Shown: piece after piece, positions 10,239 to 20,716 of the stretch
Numbering within the stretch: position 1 is the stretch's first letter
Layout of the letters: each line of letters begins with the position of its first letter
From: a virus
Taxonomy: Duplodnaviria > Caudoviricetes
IMG/VR virus record: IMGVR_UViG_3300028591_000076
Location: 175,842-239,841 of that record
Strand: one strand, 5' to 3'
DNA: 64,000 bases
Notes under the pieces: generated by a model
What the model was told of the DNA's origin: nothing
What the model saw: the letters and a program-made list of their open reading frames with translations, nothing else
Databases searched by the model: none
Made by a program: the position numbers and the translations under genes

Positions 10239-10658
10239 TTAACTATTTTCTTTAATATCTTCTAATATCTTACCAAGCCAATTATGACTTTCCTTATTTC
10301 TACATTCATTACAAGTACATACGCCCCAATAATTATCATGCCACCAATTATGCTCAATAATGGGCTCATCTATAAGCTTTAGCTGCCTTAATAAGTCTTT
10401 ATCTTCAAACTTCTGATGAACTAAATCCCACATAATTTTTAGCTTTACGTCATCCCAGTCTGATCTAACTTGTACTTTCTTTCCCAAGCATTTTGCTTTA
10501 TTAGCAGCTATATTTACAAACTCTATAGCTCTTTCTGGGCATTTTTGAGCTTGATAAGCATTTTCTACAGATGGAAAAGTTAGTCCATTATATACTATAG
10601 TACAAGGATGAAAATTGCTTAAAAATGGAAAATCTTTAAAAAACATAAATAACCTCAT
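10239..10658 (-). CDS. NADAR (YbiA-like) ADP-ribose hydrolase
   Basis: FLSNFHP...FPSVENAYQAQK...AKCLGK...DWD...KF...WHDNYWG...NWLGKILE. Confidence 0.93.
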   Translation of the reverse strand: MRLFMFFKDFPFLSNFHPCTIVYNGLTFPSVENAYQAQKCPERAIEFVNIAANKAKCLGKKVQVRSDWDDVKLKIMWDLVHQKFEDKDLLRQLKLIDEPIIEHNWWHDNYWGVCTCNECRNKESHNWLGKILEDIKENS

Positions 10659-10674
10659 TAAAAATATGTAAAAA

Positions 10675-10763
10675 TATATTAATTGGCGCTACGCAAGCCT
10701 AAGCTATATCTCTTCTTACTGTACATTAATTAATATAACTTCAATTTTGAAAAATTCACATTT
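10675..10763. repeat. dispersed ~88 bp intergenic repeat, copy 1
   Basis: GGCGCTACGCAAGCCTAAGCTATATCTCTTCTTA...AATTCACATTT nearly identical to 26930-27017. Confidence 0.9.
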
Positions 10764-10846
10764 TTAAGATATATTTTTTTCTAAAAATATAATTTAATTT
10801 CTTTATAAGTTAATTTATTTATACAAAGTGAAAATAGAGTATATAA

Positions 10847-12001
10847 ATGAATAAGAAATATGATTATATTGAATTATTAAGTGAGCTGGATGCACAGCAA
10901 TATAGGTTATTTAATATTTGTTCAATAAATAGTACTTATTTTGGTAATCTTATATTTAATAATATAAGTCAAGATTGTGAGATTAACTCAGCGGTATTTA
11001 ATAGAACATATTTTACAGAATGGTTAAATCAAATAATTGATGACTCGATGACTAGATTAGAAAGTGAAGTTATTAGGTGGATTCATGATTATCCAGGGTT
11101 TTTTGATTTTTATAAGGGCGACTGGTCAGTAGATTCTATTATTAATTCTGTAATTCAAAGCTGGAAAAATAAACCAAAAACATTAAGGCTTAATAAGCTA
11201 AGTATGTTATATGCAAATTATATAAGATTTTTAGGTACATCTAGCGGACAAACATTCTTATACGGAACTACTGCTTATAATATATCAGATTATGCAGATA
11301 TACTAGACTCTGAAGATACGCCTTATTATAATGACCTAGAGCATAAATTACAAAATTTGATTACTTGTAAAAAGCTAGTTTTATCAGATGTAGCTAAAAC
11401 TGGTATTGATGCTTGTATAGCAAGTGCTATATGGAATTCTATATTTAATACAGATGGAAAATATAATTTAACTAAAGCGCTTAATATACTTAAAGCAGAT
11501 CCTAAAATGACACAAATGTCAGATATGCAAATGCGTAGAAGACTTCAAAAAATGAAGGTAGCAATTCTTGAGTCTTTATTAAAAGATGATAAAATAGATA
11601 CATATTTTGATGCTGATTATACCTTAAGTATGGATGGTACAAATTTTACATTAAAATCAGCTTTGGAATATTATCTTGTAACAACTAAGCATGACTTGGA
11701 AGATAAAAAACCCGCATTTTCTGATTGCCCTAAAATATTAAATGGACATGTAAATATAAGCGCATTTACAAGAGATGAATTTAGACTAACTATTGAAAAG
11801 TATTGTATAGCTAATAACATACCATTTTCTTATCATACAAATTTCTGTAATGGAATAGCAAAATTGAAAATTGATGCTAATCTAAAAAAGCATAAGACTT
11901 ATAAATTATGGATATATACTGGTGGTGGGTATAAGGATTTTTATACTGGAAATACGGGTTATATTACAGAAATTATACCAAAGGAATATTTTGATTTATG
12001 A
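10847..12001 (+). CDS. hypothetical protein (C-terminal EYFDL tail)
   Basis: 384 aa ORF, 4-nt overlap with helicase start. Confidence 0.8.
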   Translation: MNKKYDYIELLSELDAQQYRLFNICSINSTYFGNLIFNNISQDCEINSAVFNRTYFTEWLNQIIDDSMTRLESEVIRWIHDYPGFFDFYKGDWSVDSIINSVIQSWKNKPKTLRLNKLSMLYANYIRFLGTSSGQTFLYGTTAYNISDYADILDSEDTPYYNDLEHKLQNLITCKKLVLSDVAKTGIDACIASAIWNSIFNTDGKYNLTKALNILKADPKMTQMSDMQMRRRLQKMKVAILESLLKDDKIDTYFDADYTLSMDGTNFTLKSALEYYLVTTKHDLEDKKPAFSDCPKILNGHVNISAFTRDEFRLTIEKYCIANNIPFSYHTNFCNGIAKLKIDANLKKHKTYKLWIYTGGGYKDFYTGNTGYITEIIPKEYFDL

Positions 12002-13890
12002 TTTCAATTAGTGTTAATAAAAACTCTGGTTTCTTAGAGTTAAAAGTATTTGGTGAAGACTTTACTGATACGGTAGAATTTTTAAGAGATTATCACTGTG
12101 CTTTTGATGTAAAAAAGAAAGTTTGGACTAAACCTATTTCTCTACTTAAGCTACTTAAAGCGGATTTATCAGTTAGACATATTGAATATGATATTTCAGA
12201 ATATGATGAAAAAGAAGCAGAAGAATATCTTAATTCTTTAAAAGAACTAAAATTATCTGATAGTCGAAGAACACTAAATTTTGATTTAATGAAATGTCCT
12301 CCACTTAAAGGAAAAGCGCCTAATGAGAACTATCAGAAGCAGGATATATTAAGAGCTATAAATCAAAATAGATTTCTTTTCAATTGGGAAATGGGTCTTG
12401 GTAAATCTTATGCTCTAGCAGTTTTAATAGAGCATTTAAGGTATTATAAACTTATAGATAAATGTTTAATTTTCTCAACTGGCGTTGGTGTCTTTAATCT
12501 AAAAGACGAACTTCTTAAATTTGGCAAGGATTTTAAGGCTGAGGATATCTTAGTTTTGAATTCGCTTACAGAAGCTTCATATGAAGATAGAGACTTATTT
12601 AACGAAAATAAGTATCCACAAAGTATTATCATAATGACATATGACGCATTTAAGGGTATTAATAATTATTATTATGATAAATTTAATGCTACTAAGTCTA
12701 ATAAAAAGCCATCTACAAAAACAAAATATAGAAAAAGCTTTTTACCACTAGATCAATGGCTAGATGGAAAAGCTGGCGCTATATTCCTTGACGAGTGTCA
12801 CTCTTTAGCTAATCCTTCATCTAGACGATCTGAAATATTTAAGATGAATTTAGATAAATTTACTTATAGATATGAATTTACTGGTACTTTAGCTGATAAG
12901 TATGAAAAGCTATATATGCCATTATTTATTCTTGATAAGTCCTTAGTAAACGGCTGTAGCTATAATGAATGGCTTATGCAATATAATGATTTAGGTAATA
13001 GATTTTCTAGATATGCTATAAATGATGATAAGTGGGATATTGGAAAAATTGAAAACTTAAATAGAGACTTAATTAGAAATTATGCATCTAAAAGACTTAT
13101 GACAGAATGTTTGGACTTACCATTAAATTATGAGGTTCCTACTATTCATGTTGATATGTCCCAAGCACAAAGAGAAATTTATGAAGGATTTATCAGAGAA
13201 CAAATTAGGCTTATAAAAGAAAGAGAAAATAGTAATAGTGATAATATCATAAATATGTTCCAAGTTTTCCAGCTTTCTTGTGAGAATATTAAGTGTATTG
13301 AAAATAATAGGTCCTTTAGCAAATATTCAGAAGAACTTCAAGAAAAAATAAAGAAGTATGATTTTATAAAAGATAATAATAAAATAAAAGTTTTGGATTC
13401 AATTCTTGAAGAAGAAACGGAAAATGGGCAAAGAGGCATTGTTTGGTATTATCATCCTTTGAGCAAGGACTATTTGAAAGAGCATTTAGCAAAATATAAT
13501 CCAGTTATTGTTGAAGCAGGATTAAAAAATGATGATTTACATAATACTATAAATGAATTTAAAAATAATCCAAAACATAAAATTCTTATAGCATCTATAA
13601 ATGTTATGAATACATCTGTAACTGTAACTGAAGCTACATATAACGTATATTTTGAAAGAACATTTAATTATACTGTTTATAGTCAGAGTAGGGGAAGAAT
13701 TTATAGGCCTAGCCAGAAATATATGTGTAGAACATATCATATGGCTTTTAATGATTCTATCGACTTTTTCCAGCTAGAAAACTTAGCCCAGAAAGGCCAA
13801 ATAGTAAATGCGCTTTTAAATAAAAAATTTATTGACCAAGGTTTATGGAAAAAAGTATTCAATGCTAATGAAGGATTTACTGTAGAATAA
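11998..13890 (+). CDS. SNF2-family SF2 helicase
   Basis: EMGLGKS, DECH, TGT, QSRGRIYR motifs. Confidence 0.92.
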   Translation: MISISVNKNSGFLELKVFGEDFTDTVEFLRDYHCAFDVKKKVWTKPISLLKLLKADLSVRHIEYDISEYDEKEAEEYLNSLKELKLSDSRRTLNFDLMKCPPLKGKAPNENYQKQDILRAINQNRFLFNWEMGLGKSYALAVLIEHLRYYKLIDKCLIFSTGVGVFNLKDELLKFGKDFKAEDILVLNSLTEASYEDRDLFNENKYPQSIIIMTYDAFKGINNYYYDKFNATKSNKKPSTKTKYRKSFLPLDQWLDGKAGAIFLDECHSLANPSSRRSEIFKMNLDKFTYRYEFTGTLADKYEKLYMPLFILDKSLVNGCSYNEWLMQYNDLGNRFSRYAINDDKWDIGKIENLNRDLIRNYASKRLMTECLDLPLNYEVPTIHVDMSQAQREIYEGFIREQIRLIKERENSNSDNIINMFQVFQLSCENIKCIENNRSFSKYSEELQEKIKKYDFIKDNNKIKVLDSILEEETENGQRGIVWYYHPLSKDYLKEHLAKYNPVIVEAGLKNDDLHNTINEFKNNPKHKILIASINVMNTSVTVTEATYNVYFERTFNYTVYSQSRGRIYRPSQKYMCRTYHMAFNDSIDFFQLENLAQKGQIVNALLNKKFIDQGLWKKVFNANEGFTVE

Positions 13891-13922
13891 AAATTTGTGT
13901 TAATATATTTTAAGAGGTTTGA

Positions 13923-14441
13923 ATGTTTAAAGATTACTTAAAAACTTTTTTAAGATATTTTCTAGTAATATTTGCATGTAATGCTGCTACTGTTATTACA
14001 TCTTTTAAGTCAGATGGATTACCTTTATTATTAGCTACAATAGGAATTGCTATTGTAGTTGCGATAGCTGCAGTACCATTACAGGTTATTACTACAAGTA
14101 AGCTATCTAAAAAAGAACAAGATATGCAGTTAGAAAATACTGCTGAAGACTTCTTTAGTAAGTTATCTGATAAAGAAAATGAGTCTATTGGTAAAATCAT
14201 TAAGTATGTTCAAGAACATGGTGGTGGAGAAACTTATCTAGAGATGGACGAAAATCAAAAGATGCGTCTAAGAACTATGACAAAAGAACATAATATTGAA
14301 GTAGCGGTAGACTTAGGTATAATCGAGCTTCCAAATCCAAAGTATGATATTGAGTCATCTGGTTGGAAACTTGAAATGGAAAAAATTTTTGATAATTTAT
14401 CTAATAGATTAAAAACAGCATTAGGAGAAAATTATAAATGA
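13923..14441 (+). CDS. membrane protein
   Basis: Two N-terminal TM segments; GAGG RBS. Confidence 0.75.
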   Translation: MFKDYLKTFLRYFLVIFACNAATVITSFKSDGLPLLLATIGIAIVVAIAAVPLQVITTSKLSKKEQDMQLENTAEDFFSKLSDKENESIGKIIKYVQEHGGGETYLEMDENQKMRLRTMTKEHNIEVAVDLGIIELPNPKYDIESSGWKLEMEKIFDNLSNRLKTALGENYK

Positions 14442-15226
14442 AATTAGTTGTTGACAACGTAACTTATGGATTAGTTCCATATGGTCCAGGAACAGGCACA
14501 AGAGCACTTGGTGTTTACTTTAAAGAAGCTGATGGCGAATTTGACTATAAGCCAGAAGTTGATGAAAATGGTAAACCTGTAACAGAAGATAAGACTTTAA
14601 TTAACGCTGCTGGACTTCTTAAAGATATTCTTAATTCTATTAAAGAAAAGAGCTATGAACAGCCTTGGGCATCATTCCTTCTTGGACGTGAATACGTATA
14701 TTTTATTGGTGAAGAAACAGCTGCGCCAGCATATCGTAAAATTACTGCTGCTCTCTTTGAGGGTATTTCAAAAATGGCTCTTGAAATTCAGCAGAAGCAG
14801 TTTAAAAATATTGAAGATGAAAAGAAACTTTCAGCTGTAAAAAAGCAGCTTCATGCGCCAATGCCTGTTTTTGTAGGTACACCAAAATATTATACGGGTC
14901 TAGATACTTACTATGAAAATTTTAATTTGGTATTACTACAGCTTCCTTTGGAAGAAGATGCAAAGTTTAACCAGATGGCTACAGTAGAAGTTGCAAATCA
15001 TGCATTTAGCGTATTTGTTCTTAAAATGGACAAAGAGCATTTTGAAAAACAGAAAGAAATCCTTAAGTCTTCATATGAAGATATTGGAGCACTTTCATTA
15101 CCTGCTACAAGAATTTTTATTGTAGATGAGTCAGGCGATGATGCTATTGCAGAATTTGCTCTAGAAAAAGGTTATAGAATAAATCACACAATGAATTATT
15201 CAGATAAGTATCAGCTTAGCATTTAA
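14438..15226 (+). CDS. hypothetical protein, possibly an inactivated QueE/NrdG-like fold
   Basis: YGPGTGTRALGVYF and VYFIGEE weakly recall radical-SAM motifs but there is no CxxxCxxC; strong AGGAG RBS. Confidence 0.55.
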   Translation: MKLVVDNVTYGLVPYGPGTGTRALGVYFKEADGEFDYKPEVDENGKPVTEDKTLINAAGLLKDILNSIKEKSYEQPWASFLLGREYVYFIGEETAAPAYRKITAALFEGISKMALEIQQKQFKNIEDEKKLSAVKKQLHAPMPVFVGTPKYYTGLDTYYENFNLVLLQLPLEEDAKFNQMATVEVANHAFSVFVLKMDKEHFEKQKEILKSSYEDIGALSLPATRIFIVDESGDDAIAEFALEKGYRINHTMNYSDKYQLSI

Positions 15227-15229
15227 AAT

Positions 15230-15256
15230 TAAAGGGACTCAAATGAGTCCCTTTAT
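15230..15256. terminator. bidirectional terminator
   Basis: AAAGGGACTCA/TGAGTCCCTTT. Confidence 0.8.
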
Positions 15257-15261
15257 TTATT

Positions 15262-15534
15262 TTAAATAAAGTAATTTTCATATATTGAATTTTTATTTGT
15301 AAAATACCCCTGAACTAGACTACGTAATTCAGTTAGCGTTTGTAAACTCATTGTACCATTTTCCTTATCAAGACTCGCAGCATTCATCTCCATGTCGCTT
15401 CTTAAACTAATCTTTATGTGTTCATCCAATACAGTAAACTCTAAATAGTCAGTAAATAAATGTTCATCTTTTTTATTATCAACTTTAGTAAGAAAATCAT
15501 CTAAAAATTTATAAAGCTTTAAGGATTCAGTCAT
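15262..15534 (-). CDS. small protein with C-terminal NYFI tail
   Basis: ORF with TACATATT motif just upstream. Confidence 0.7.
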   Translation of the reverse strand: MTESLKLYKFLDDFLTKVDNKKDEHLFTDYLEFTVLDEHIKISLRSDMEMNAASLDKENGTMSLQTLTELRSLVQGYFTNKNSIYENYFI

Positions 15535-15580
15535 AATTAAAATATGTAAATAAATAATAAATTACGCTAATCTATAGAAT

Positions 15581-16330
15581 ATGGACGAAGTTAGAACTAT
15601 AGTATATTTATGGTGGAGAAAAGATGATGAGTCACTAATAAAATTTGGAGACCATACAGAACCAATAGATAATAAAAATTGGCAAATAGATACTGAGCTT
15701 TATATACAAAAAACGGCTGCTCCAAAAGAATCTAAGACATTTAAAGATAAAATAGATTTTATTTATTATGATATTACAGATTATGCAAAAAAAGTAAACA
15801 GAAATTATAAATTTGCTAGAATAGATAATTATATTACTCGACAAGCAAATGTAGATAAATATAGATTAGGACAAACAGACCAATTTAAGCTTCCAAAATT
15901 TGAAATAGATGTTGAAGATTTTATAAATCAAATAAAAGATGTTATATTTGGTGGGCATAATTTAGAAGATAGAGTTCCAATATCACCTGACTTACATATA
16001 TCTGACCTAAGGAAAATAGAGGTAGAAAGAAATGTAACATTTAATTTTACAGGTGATAATAAAATACTAAACATACTAAACATACTAAGCTTTTTTGAGT
16101 CTAAAAAAATACTTATAGTTGGGAGTGCAAAAGATTATAATTCTAGCCTTTTTAATAAATATTTCGAATTTAATAAGTTCTTAATAAGAAATGGTAATGT
16201 GGAAGATGGGCAATTTCAATTCACTGATAAAAAAATAAAAATAGTACCTACTATGGAAAATGAAGATATTACAAAATATGATATTATTATACAGGACTTA
16301 AATAATGTTTCAATATACTTAAGGAACTAA
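15581..16330 (+). CDS. hypothetical protein
   Basis: 249 aa ORF; N-terminal VYLW...IKFG weakly GIY-YIG-like. Confidence 0.65.
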   Translation: MDEVRTIVYLWWRKDDESLIKFGDHTEPIDNKNWQIDTELYIQKTAAPKESKTFKDKIDFIYYDITDYAKKVNRNYKFARIDNYITRQANVDKYRLGQTDQFKLPKFEIDVEDFINQIKDVIFGGHNLEDRVPISPDLHISDLRKIEVERNVTFNFTGDNKILNILNILSFFESKKILIVGSAKDYNSSLFNKYFEFNKFLIRNGNVEDGQFQFTDKKIKIVPTMENEDITKYDIIIQDLNNVSIYLRN

Positions 16331-16381
16331 AAATCTTAAATGTTAATATTTAAAAAAATAAATAAAAATAGGAGACCATAA

Positions 16382-16912
16382 ATGGTAAAGTTTCTCAAAA
16401 CAAAAGATTATCCTGTAAAGTCACCTAAATGTAACGTAGGTCAGGACGCAGGAATTGATTTTTATGTACCTTCCTATTCTGAAGGTTTTGTAAAAGCATT
16501 TAAAGAAAAAAATCCATCAAAAGAAATTGAGGAAAAAGATGGAAAATATTTTATTAGAGTTGCGCCACACTCAGATGTAAATATTCCATCAGGAATTTAT
16601 TCATCATTTCCATCAAATATCGCCCTTGTAGGTGCTAATAAATCTGGTGTAGCATCAAAACAAAAACTTATCTATGGCGCACATGTTATTGACTCCTCAT
16701 ATCAAGGTATTATTCACCTTCATATGATTAATACATCTGATGATTGGCAAGTTATTAATTTAGATGAAAAAGTTGTACAGTTTATTCCATTCATTATTGA
16801 TATTTCTGGTATTAGTGTAAATGAAGAATCAGATATGTCAAAAACAGACTTTTATGAAGGCAAACAAACTGAACGAGGCGAAGGCGCATTCGGGTCAACT
16901 ACGCTTAACTAG
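16382..16912 (+). CDS. dut: trimeric dUTPase
   Basis: DAGIDF, KSG, VIDSSYQG, VQF, RGEGAFGST motifs. Confidence 0.95.
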   Translation: MVKFLKTKDYPVKSPKCNVGQDAGIDFYVPSYSEGFVKAFKEKNPSKEIEEKDGKYFIRVAPHSDVNIPSGIYSSFPSNIALVGANKSGVASKQKLIYGAHVIDSSYQGIIHLHMINTSDDWQVINLDEKVVQFIPFIIDISGISVNEESDMSKTDFYEGKQTERGEGAFGSTTLN

Positions 16913-17932
16913 GCTTTTTTGAATTATTTCATTTATAAATCCTGGGTAATTTTTATTATCCAGGATTTTTTTATATTCAGTTATATCCGCTTCTCGAAGA
17001 ATATTCACTCCTAGTTCTTTCATTTTTTCTTGTTTATTAATTTCTGAAAACTTTCTATAAGGATTATATAAATTACCATTTTCATCAAAAAATTGATCGC
17101 CTTTTATTTCTGTAAATATACCATTTATTATGAAATCGGGCTCATAATGCCTTGTTTTACCAAAATCATCAATATATGTAAATGCGCACTTAGGATGGTA
17201 ATCAAATATAATATTTTGGTCTATAAGATATAAGTAAACAATAAGCTCCCAACTACTATCAAACTTTTGACCATTATAAATATATTTATAACCCCAATTA
17301 TTTTGATGATATGGTAGACCAAACCTAGCTAAATTTGTTTGTTTAGCTTTTTCTTTTATAGACTCCAGTTGTGAAGGATGCTCTACGCCATATTTTAATA
17401 GAGATGTTTTCTTTGCCTTATCTTGTACATCTAAATTACACATAGGAGCTGGTCCACCATATTTTTCAAGATTTGTCTCTTTAGCTTTTTTACTAGCTTT
17501 TCTACGTTTATCTTCTGTATATGAATTTTGTATTTTATTTACAATATCCTTATTTTGACATGCAAACTCTGTTCCATATACTTTTAAGCAAGTATTTTTT
17601 CTTTTTTCTTTAAACTCATCTAAAGAAATGGGATTAGTAGTACCATATTTGTCTTTACAAGTCTCAGCCATTTTAGACTTCCAATTCTCAATATAGCTAT
17701 CTTTTGACCCATAATTATTTATAATACTTTGCTTCTTATAACAATCATTACATAACAATGTGAGCATACGTGTCATTCTATCCGTACGCATTCTCATTAT
17801 AACATCTTTTTTACATTCTCTACATGTAAAAAATATATAAGTATTATAACGAATATTACTTATTTCTTCCTTCGTCAATTTGTTAATATTAAATGGATTA
17901 GATTGTGAATTATTTATATTACTAAGTTTCAT
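16895..17932 (-). CDS. free-standing homing-endonuclease-like protein (Zn ribbon + KYG repeats + TnsA-like PD-(D/E)xK)
   Basis: CxxC pairs, repeated T(C/N)LxKYG units, FDSSWE...YEPDF...EIKG. Confidence 0.8.
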   Translation of the reverse strand: MKLSNINNSQSNPFNINKLTKEEISNIRYNTYIFFTCRECKKDVIMRMRTDRMTRMLTLLCNDCYKKQSIINNYGSKDSYIENWKSKMAETCKDKYGTTNPISLDEFKEKRKNTCLKVYGTEFACQNKDIVNKIQNSYTEDKRRKASKKAKETNLEKYGGPAPMCNLDVQDKAKKTSLLKYGVEHPSQLESIKEKAKQTNLARFGLPYHQNNWGYKYIYNGQKFDSSWELIVYLYLIDQNIIFDYHPKCAFTYIDDFGKTRHYEPDFIINGIFTEIKGDQFFDENGNLYNPYRKFSEINKQEKMKELGVNILREADITEYKKILDNKNYPGFINEIIQKSLVKRS

Positions 17933-18005
17933 AATATAATTAGTAATTGATTGACCAAAGCTATAATGGAGAAATAATTTACTCTAGAGTAAATGAGGAG
18001 TCAAA

Positions 18006-18167
18006 ATGACTATAAACTTAGAAACATACGAAATTGATACTTTACTTGAACTACTTAATCGTAAAATCGAAAAGGCTGAAGCTAAAGAAATTGATGAAGC
18101 TCAAGTAAAATATGTAAAAGACCTAAAAAGTATTAAAGCTTCAATTGAAGCTCAAATTTCTAATTAG
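18006..18167 (+). CDS. small 53 aa helical protein (not in ORF track)
   Basis: GAGGAG RBS; MTINLETYEIDTLLELLNRKIEKAEAKEIDEAQVKYVKDLKSIKASIEAQISN. Confidence 0.75.
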   Translation: MTINLETYEIDTLLELLNRKIEKAEAKEIDEAQVKYVKDLKSIKASIEAQISN

Positions 18168-18171
18168 AATA

Positions 18172-18590
18172 AATATAGCAGTGTAGCAAGACTGATTGAA
18201 AATATTGCTAGCGTTTATGTTACGTATGGCCTTACGCTTTGAACGAAAAGGCTGCTTTCCAAGTGCATTTGGGCACAGATGCTATCTGTACAGACTAACA
18301 ATTTGGACGAGTTAGTATATAGCTATAAACTGGAGTCCGGAAAGCTTAAGATACCATGCATGAAGTCCAATGGAGTTGACCAAAGCCCAAAGACCCGCTT
18401 GATTTTGGTAGTTATTCGTAAGGATAACGCACGTGGACCAGCACGATAATACCTTCTGGTGTGGAGACAACATCTAGATATACTATATCGCCGTGGATGC
18501 AAAAATACGCTAGATAAGCTCCCTGAAACTGTGGCACGGATGGGTTAGTAATGAACCTAACGACTACCTAACATTACACTTAAATAATAG
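18172..18590 (+). ncRNA. putative large structured ncRNA (~400 nt), family unassigned
   Basis: GC-elevated gap without a listed ORF; many stems, GNRA loops, end-to-end pairing; CTAATT upstream and terminator downstream. Confidence 0.7.
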
Positions 18591-18618
18591 GCGCTCTCGT
18601 TATGAGAGCGCATTTTTT
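18591..18618 (+). terminator. intrinsic terminator
   Basis: GCGCTCTCG-TTA-TGAGAGCGC followed by T tract. Confidence 0.85.
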
Positions 18619-18639
18619 ATAAATTTATTAATTTACATT

Positions 18640-19194
18640 ATGAATAAAATATTTGAGTCAATCTATAACAATAGTAAAAATACTAGATTATGCGAAATGT
18701 CAGCAAGAGTTGCATATAATAAAATAAAACCTGAACTTAGTAAAACAACAAATGGCCCATTAAGTATAAGTGAATATGGCAAAAAATTTAATAGCTATGA
18801 AAATGAGTACTTTACTGATGCCATGGGTAATCCTATTAAAGCGCTTGAATTTATAAAGTCTATTTATAGCTTAGCGAAAGCTGATAACTATGAACCGCAA
18901 AAAATTAAGGATGCTTTATATTACTTTTTAGAACCGGCAAATAAAAAATTTATTATTCCTAATAATTATACATATATAGATGTAAAAAAGAAACTTTTAA
19001 ATGGAAAAGAGACTATAATAAGAAAAGATATTAGTAGAAGTGCGTCATTAGATATTTTATTATCAGATATAATTGGCGGGCTTGAGAGTAACCTAGATAT
19101 AGTAGATGTTACTAATAGCGATAATAAAAACCTTTTATTATTTAAGCGTAAAAAACAGCCTATTTCAGAAGAAGAATTAAAAAATATCAAATAA
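18640..19194 (+). CDS. hypothetical protein with FExIY/LxE leader
   Basis: MNKIFESIYNNSKNTRLCE. Confidence 0.7.
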   Translation: MNKIFESIYNNSKNTRLCEMSARVAYNKIKPELSKTTNGPLSISEYGKKFNSYENEYFTDAMGNPIKALEFIKSIYSLAKADNYEPQKIKDALYYFLEPANKKFIIPNNYTYIDVKKKLLNGKETIIRKDISRSASLDILLSDIIGGLESNLDIVDVTNSDNKNLLLFKRKKQPISEEELKNIK

Positions 19195-19221
19195 AATAAA
19201 ACTATACTAATATATTTTTAT

Positions 19222-19536
19222 TTATACAATATGAATATGGTCTGGATTTCCGCCATTTTTTATATAAAAATCCATAATAATTTGTTTATCATCCTTGGGA
19301 AAGCCATTAAAGGACGTTAACAAACGATCTTCTTTAATAGATAAAAGAATTCCCCGTTCAAGTGAAAATGTTACCTCTTTAATAATTGGGTCAGAAAAAT
19401 TACTTTTACCAATTAAATCAAGGCCAAATATAGTGTCCCATTTACCATTTCCTAATTTATAACCATGAATAACATATTTCTTTTCAAGCCTCTTAATATT
19501 ATTTTTAGTATTAAAAATCATAGTATGTTCCTCCAA
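19222..19536 (-). CDS. hypothetical protein
   Basis: ORF; true start likely the ATG after GGAGG (MIFNT). Confidence 0.6.
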   Translation of the reverse strand: MEEHTMIFNTKNNIKRLEKKYVIHGYKLGNGKWDTIFGLDLIGKSNFSDPIIKEVTFSLERGILLSIKEDRLLTSFNGFPKDDKQIIMDFYIKNGGNPDHIHIV

Positions 19537-19633
19537 ACCTTTATATAAAATATGTATTTTTATTAATCTTTGTATAAAAAATCTAATAATTAGCTAAAAA
19601 TAAAGCTCGCTTTAAGCGAGCTTTTTAATTATA

Positions 19634-19882
19634 CTAAATACAACTTGAAATTATAGATAATCCAGAAAGAAAAAATATAATTCCAAATATCATACTAATA
19701 CTGGGTAATATATAATCTACCATAGATTTTTTCTTGTATTCAACAAAGTCAAATAGCAATTGTCCATTTTTTACATCTTCTGGTACATTATCTTCATTTT
19801 TTAATAGAATACCAATATTTCTATTAATAATTAAAAATCCTACTAATAGAAAAATAAAGCCAAATGCAACATCTATAAGCAA
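19634..19882 (-). CDS. small two-TM membrane protein
   Basis: Two hydrophobic segments directly downstream of flaA-like gene; TTG start. Confidence 0.5.
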   Translation of the reverse strand: MLIDVAFGFIFLLVGFLIINRNIGILLKNEDNVPEDVKNGQLLFDFVEYKKKSMVDYILPSISMIFGIIFFLSGLSIISSCI

Positions 19883-20716
19883 TTATTTTGCCTCTTCTGT
19901 ATTTGTGGGCTTATCCATCAAAGATGCTTCAACAGTTCTTAAACGATTACGTTCTGCAACTTTTGCTTTTGCTTTCTTTTCTACTTCTGTATTTGGTGAA
20001 ATACCAAATTCTTCTTTAAGAATCTTGTTATTTTCAACTTGTTCATCTGTAAACATCTTATCATAGATAACTGTTACTTTTCTCAAAAAGAAAAGTGAAT
20101 AAGGTGAATATACATTCGGTCCACTAGGCGCATTTGTCTTAATTTGAAAACCAACAAGATAAAGTCCATCAGCTTCTGAGCCTAAAACTGGGCTAGCTTT
20201 TACATCTCGCTTATTAGGATCTGGCTCATAGTTAGGATTATTAAAAATCAATTCATAATCTTCCATTGATTTTATTGTACTAAAATCTTGTGGCATTAGA
20301 ACTCTCTTAACTGGACCAGTTGGTGATGTAGAATAAAGCAAATAAATCTCATCATATGCTCTATTTGTAGTTGCCTCAATTTTAATTGACTTAATATACT
20401 TAACATTATAAATATACCCAGTTCCTACACCATCTTCATTTAAGAATGAAGGATAGGATACTAAAACTTTATAGGACGTAGATATATTTTCTGGTACATC
20501 TTTTGCCAAAAATCTAATACCTCTATCATTAGGCTCTAAAATCTTAAATGAGTCTTTTCTAAAATAGCCAGAATCAGAAGTCATTTCAAAATTAGATATA
20601 TAATCATAACCGTCTAAATCTGACTTAGCTGATGAGTCAAATAAAACCTTTTCTTCCGCAAAAGAAAAAGTCACTAGCATAAATGCTGTTAGCATCAATA
20701 AAATAAGTTTTTTCAT
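19883..20716 (-). CDS. flaA: spirochaete FlaA-like flagellar filament sheath protein with signal peptide
   Basis: Sec signal MKKLILL...SFA|EEKVLFD; GxGxIxNVxxIKSI, VKRxxM, LIFNNPNY, VTVIYDK, EEFGI, LRxxE match my recollection of Treponema FlaA. Confidence 0.75.
   Translation of the reverse strand: MKKLILLMLTAFMLVTFSFAEEKVLFDSSAKSDLDGYDYISNFEMTSDSGYFRKDSFKILEPNDRGIRFLAKDVPENISTSYKVLVSYPSFLNEDGVGTGYIYNVKYIKSIKIEATTNRAYDEIYLLYSTSPTGPVKRVLMPQDFSTIKSMEDYELIFNNPNYEPDPNKRDVKASPVLGSEADGLYLVGFQIKTNAPSGPNVYSPYSLFFLRKVTVIYDKMFTDEQVENNKILKEEFGISPNTEVEKKAKAKVAERNRLRTVEASLMDKPTNTEEAK

Noticed and set aside
16893..17956. GGTCAA/TTGACC as terminal inverted repeats of an IS around the endonuclease; GTCAACTAC as an omega-RNA start
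   Set aside because: Only 6 bp, no target duplication, no transposase/IscB/TnpB, and not seen at the other two paralogues
18172..18590. Assignment to tmRNA, RNase P RNA or group I intron
   Set aside because: No tRNA-like ends or CCA, no GAGGAAAGUCC/P4 pair, no convincing P7 partner for CAGACTA, and no interrupted host gene
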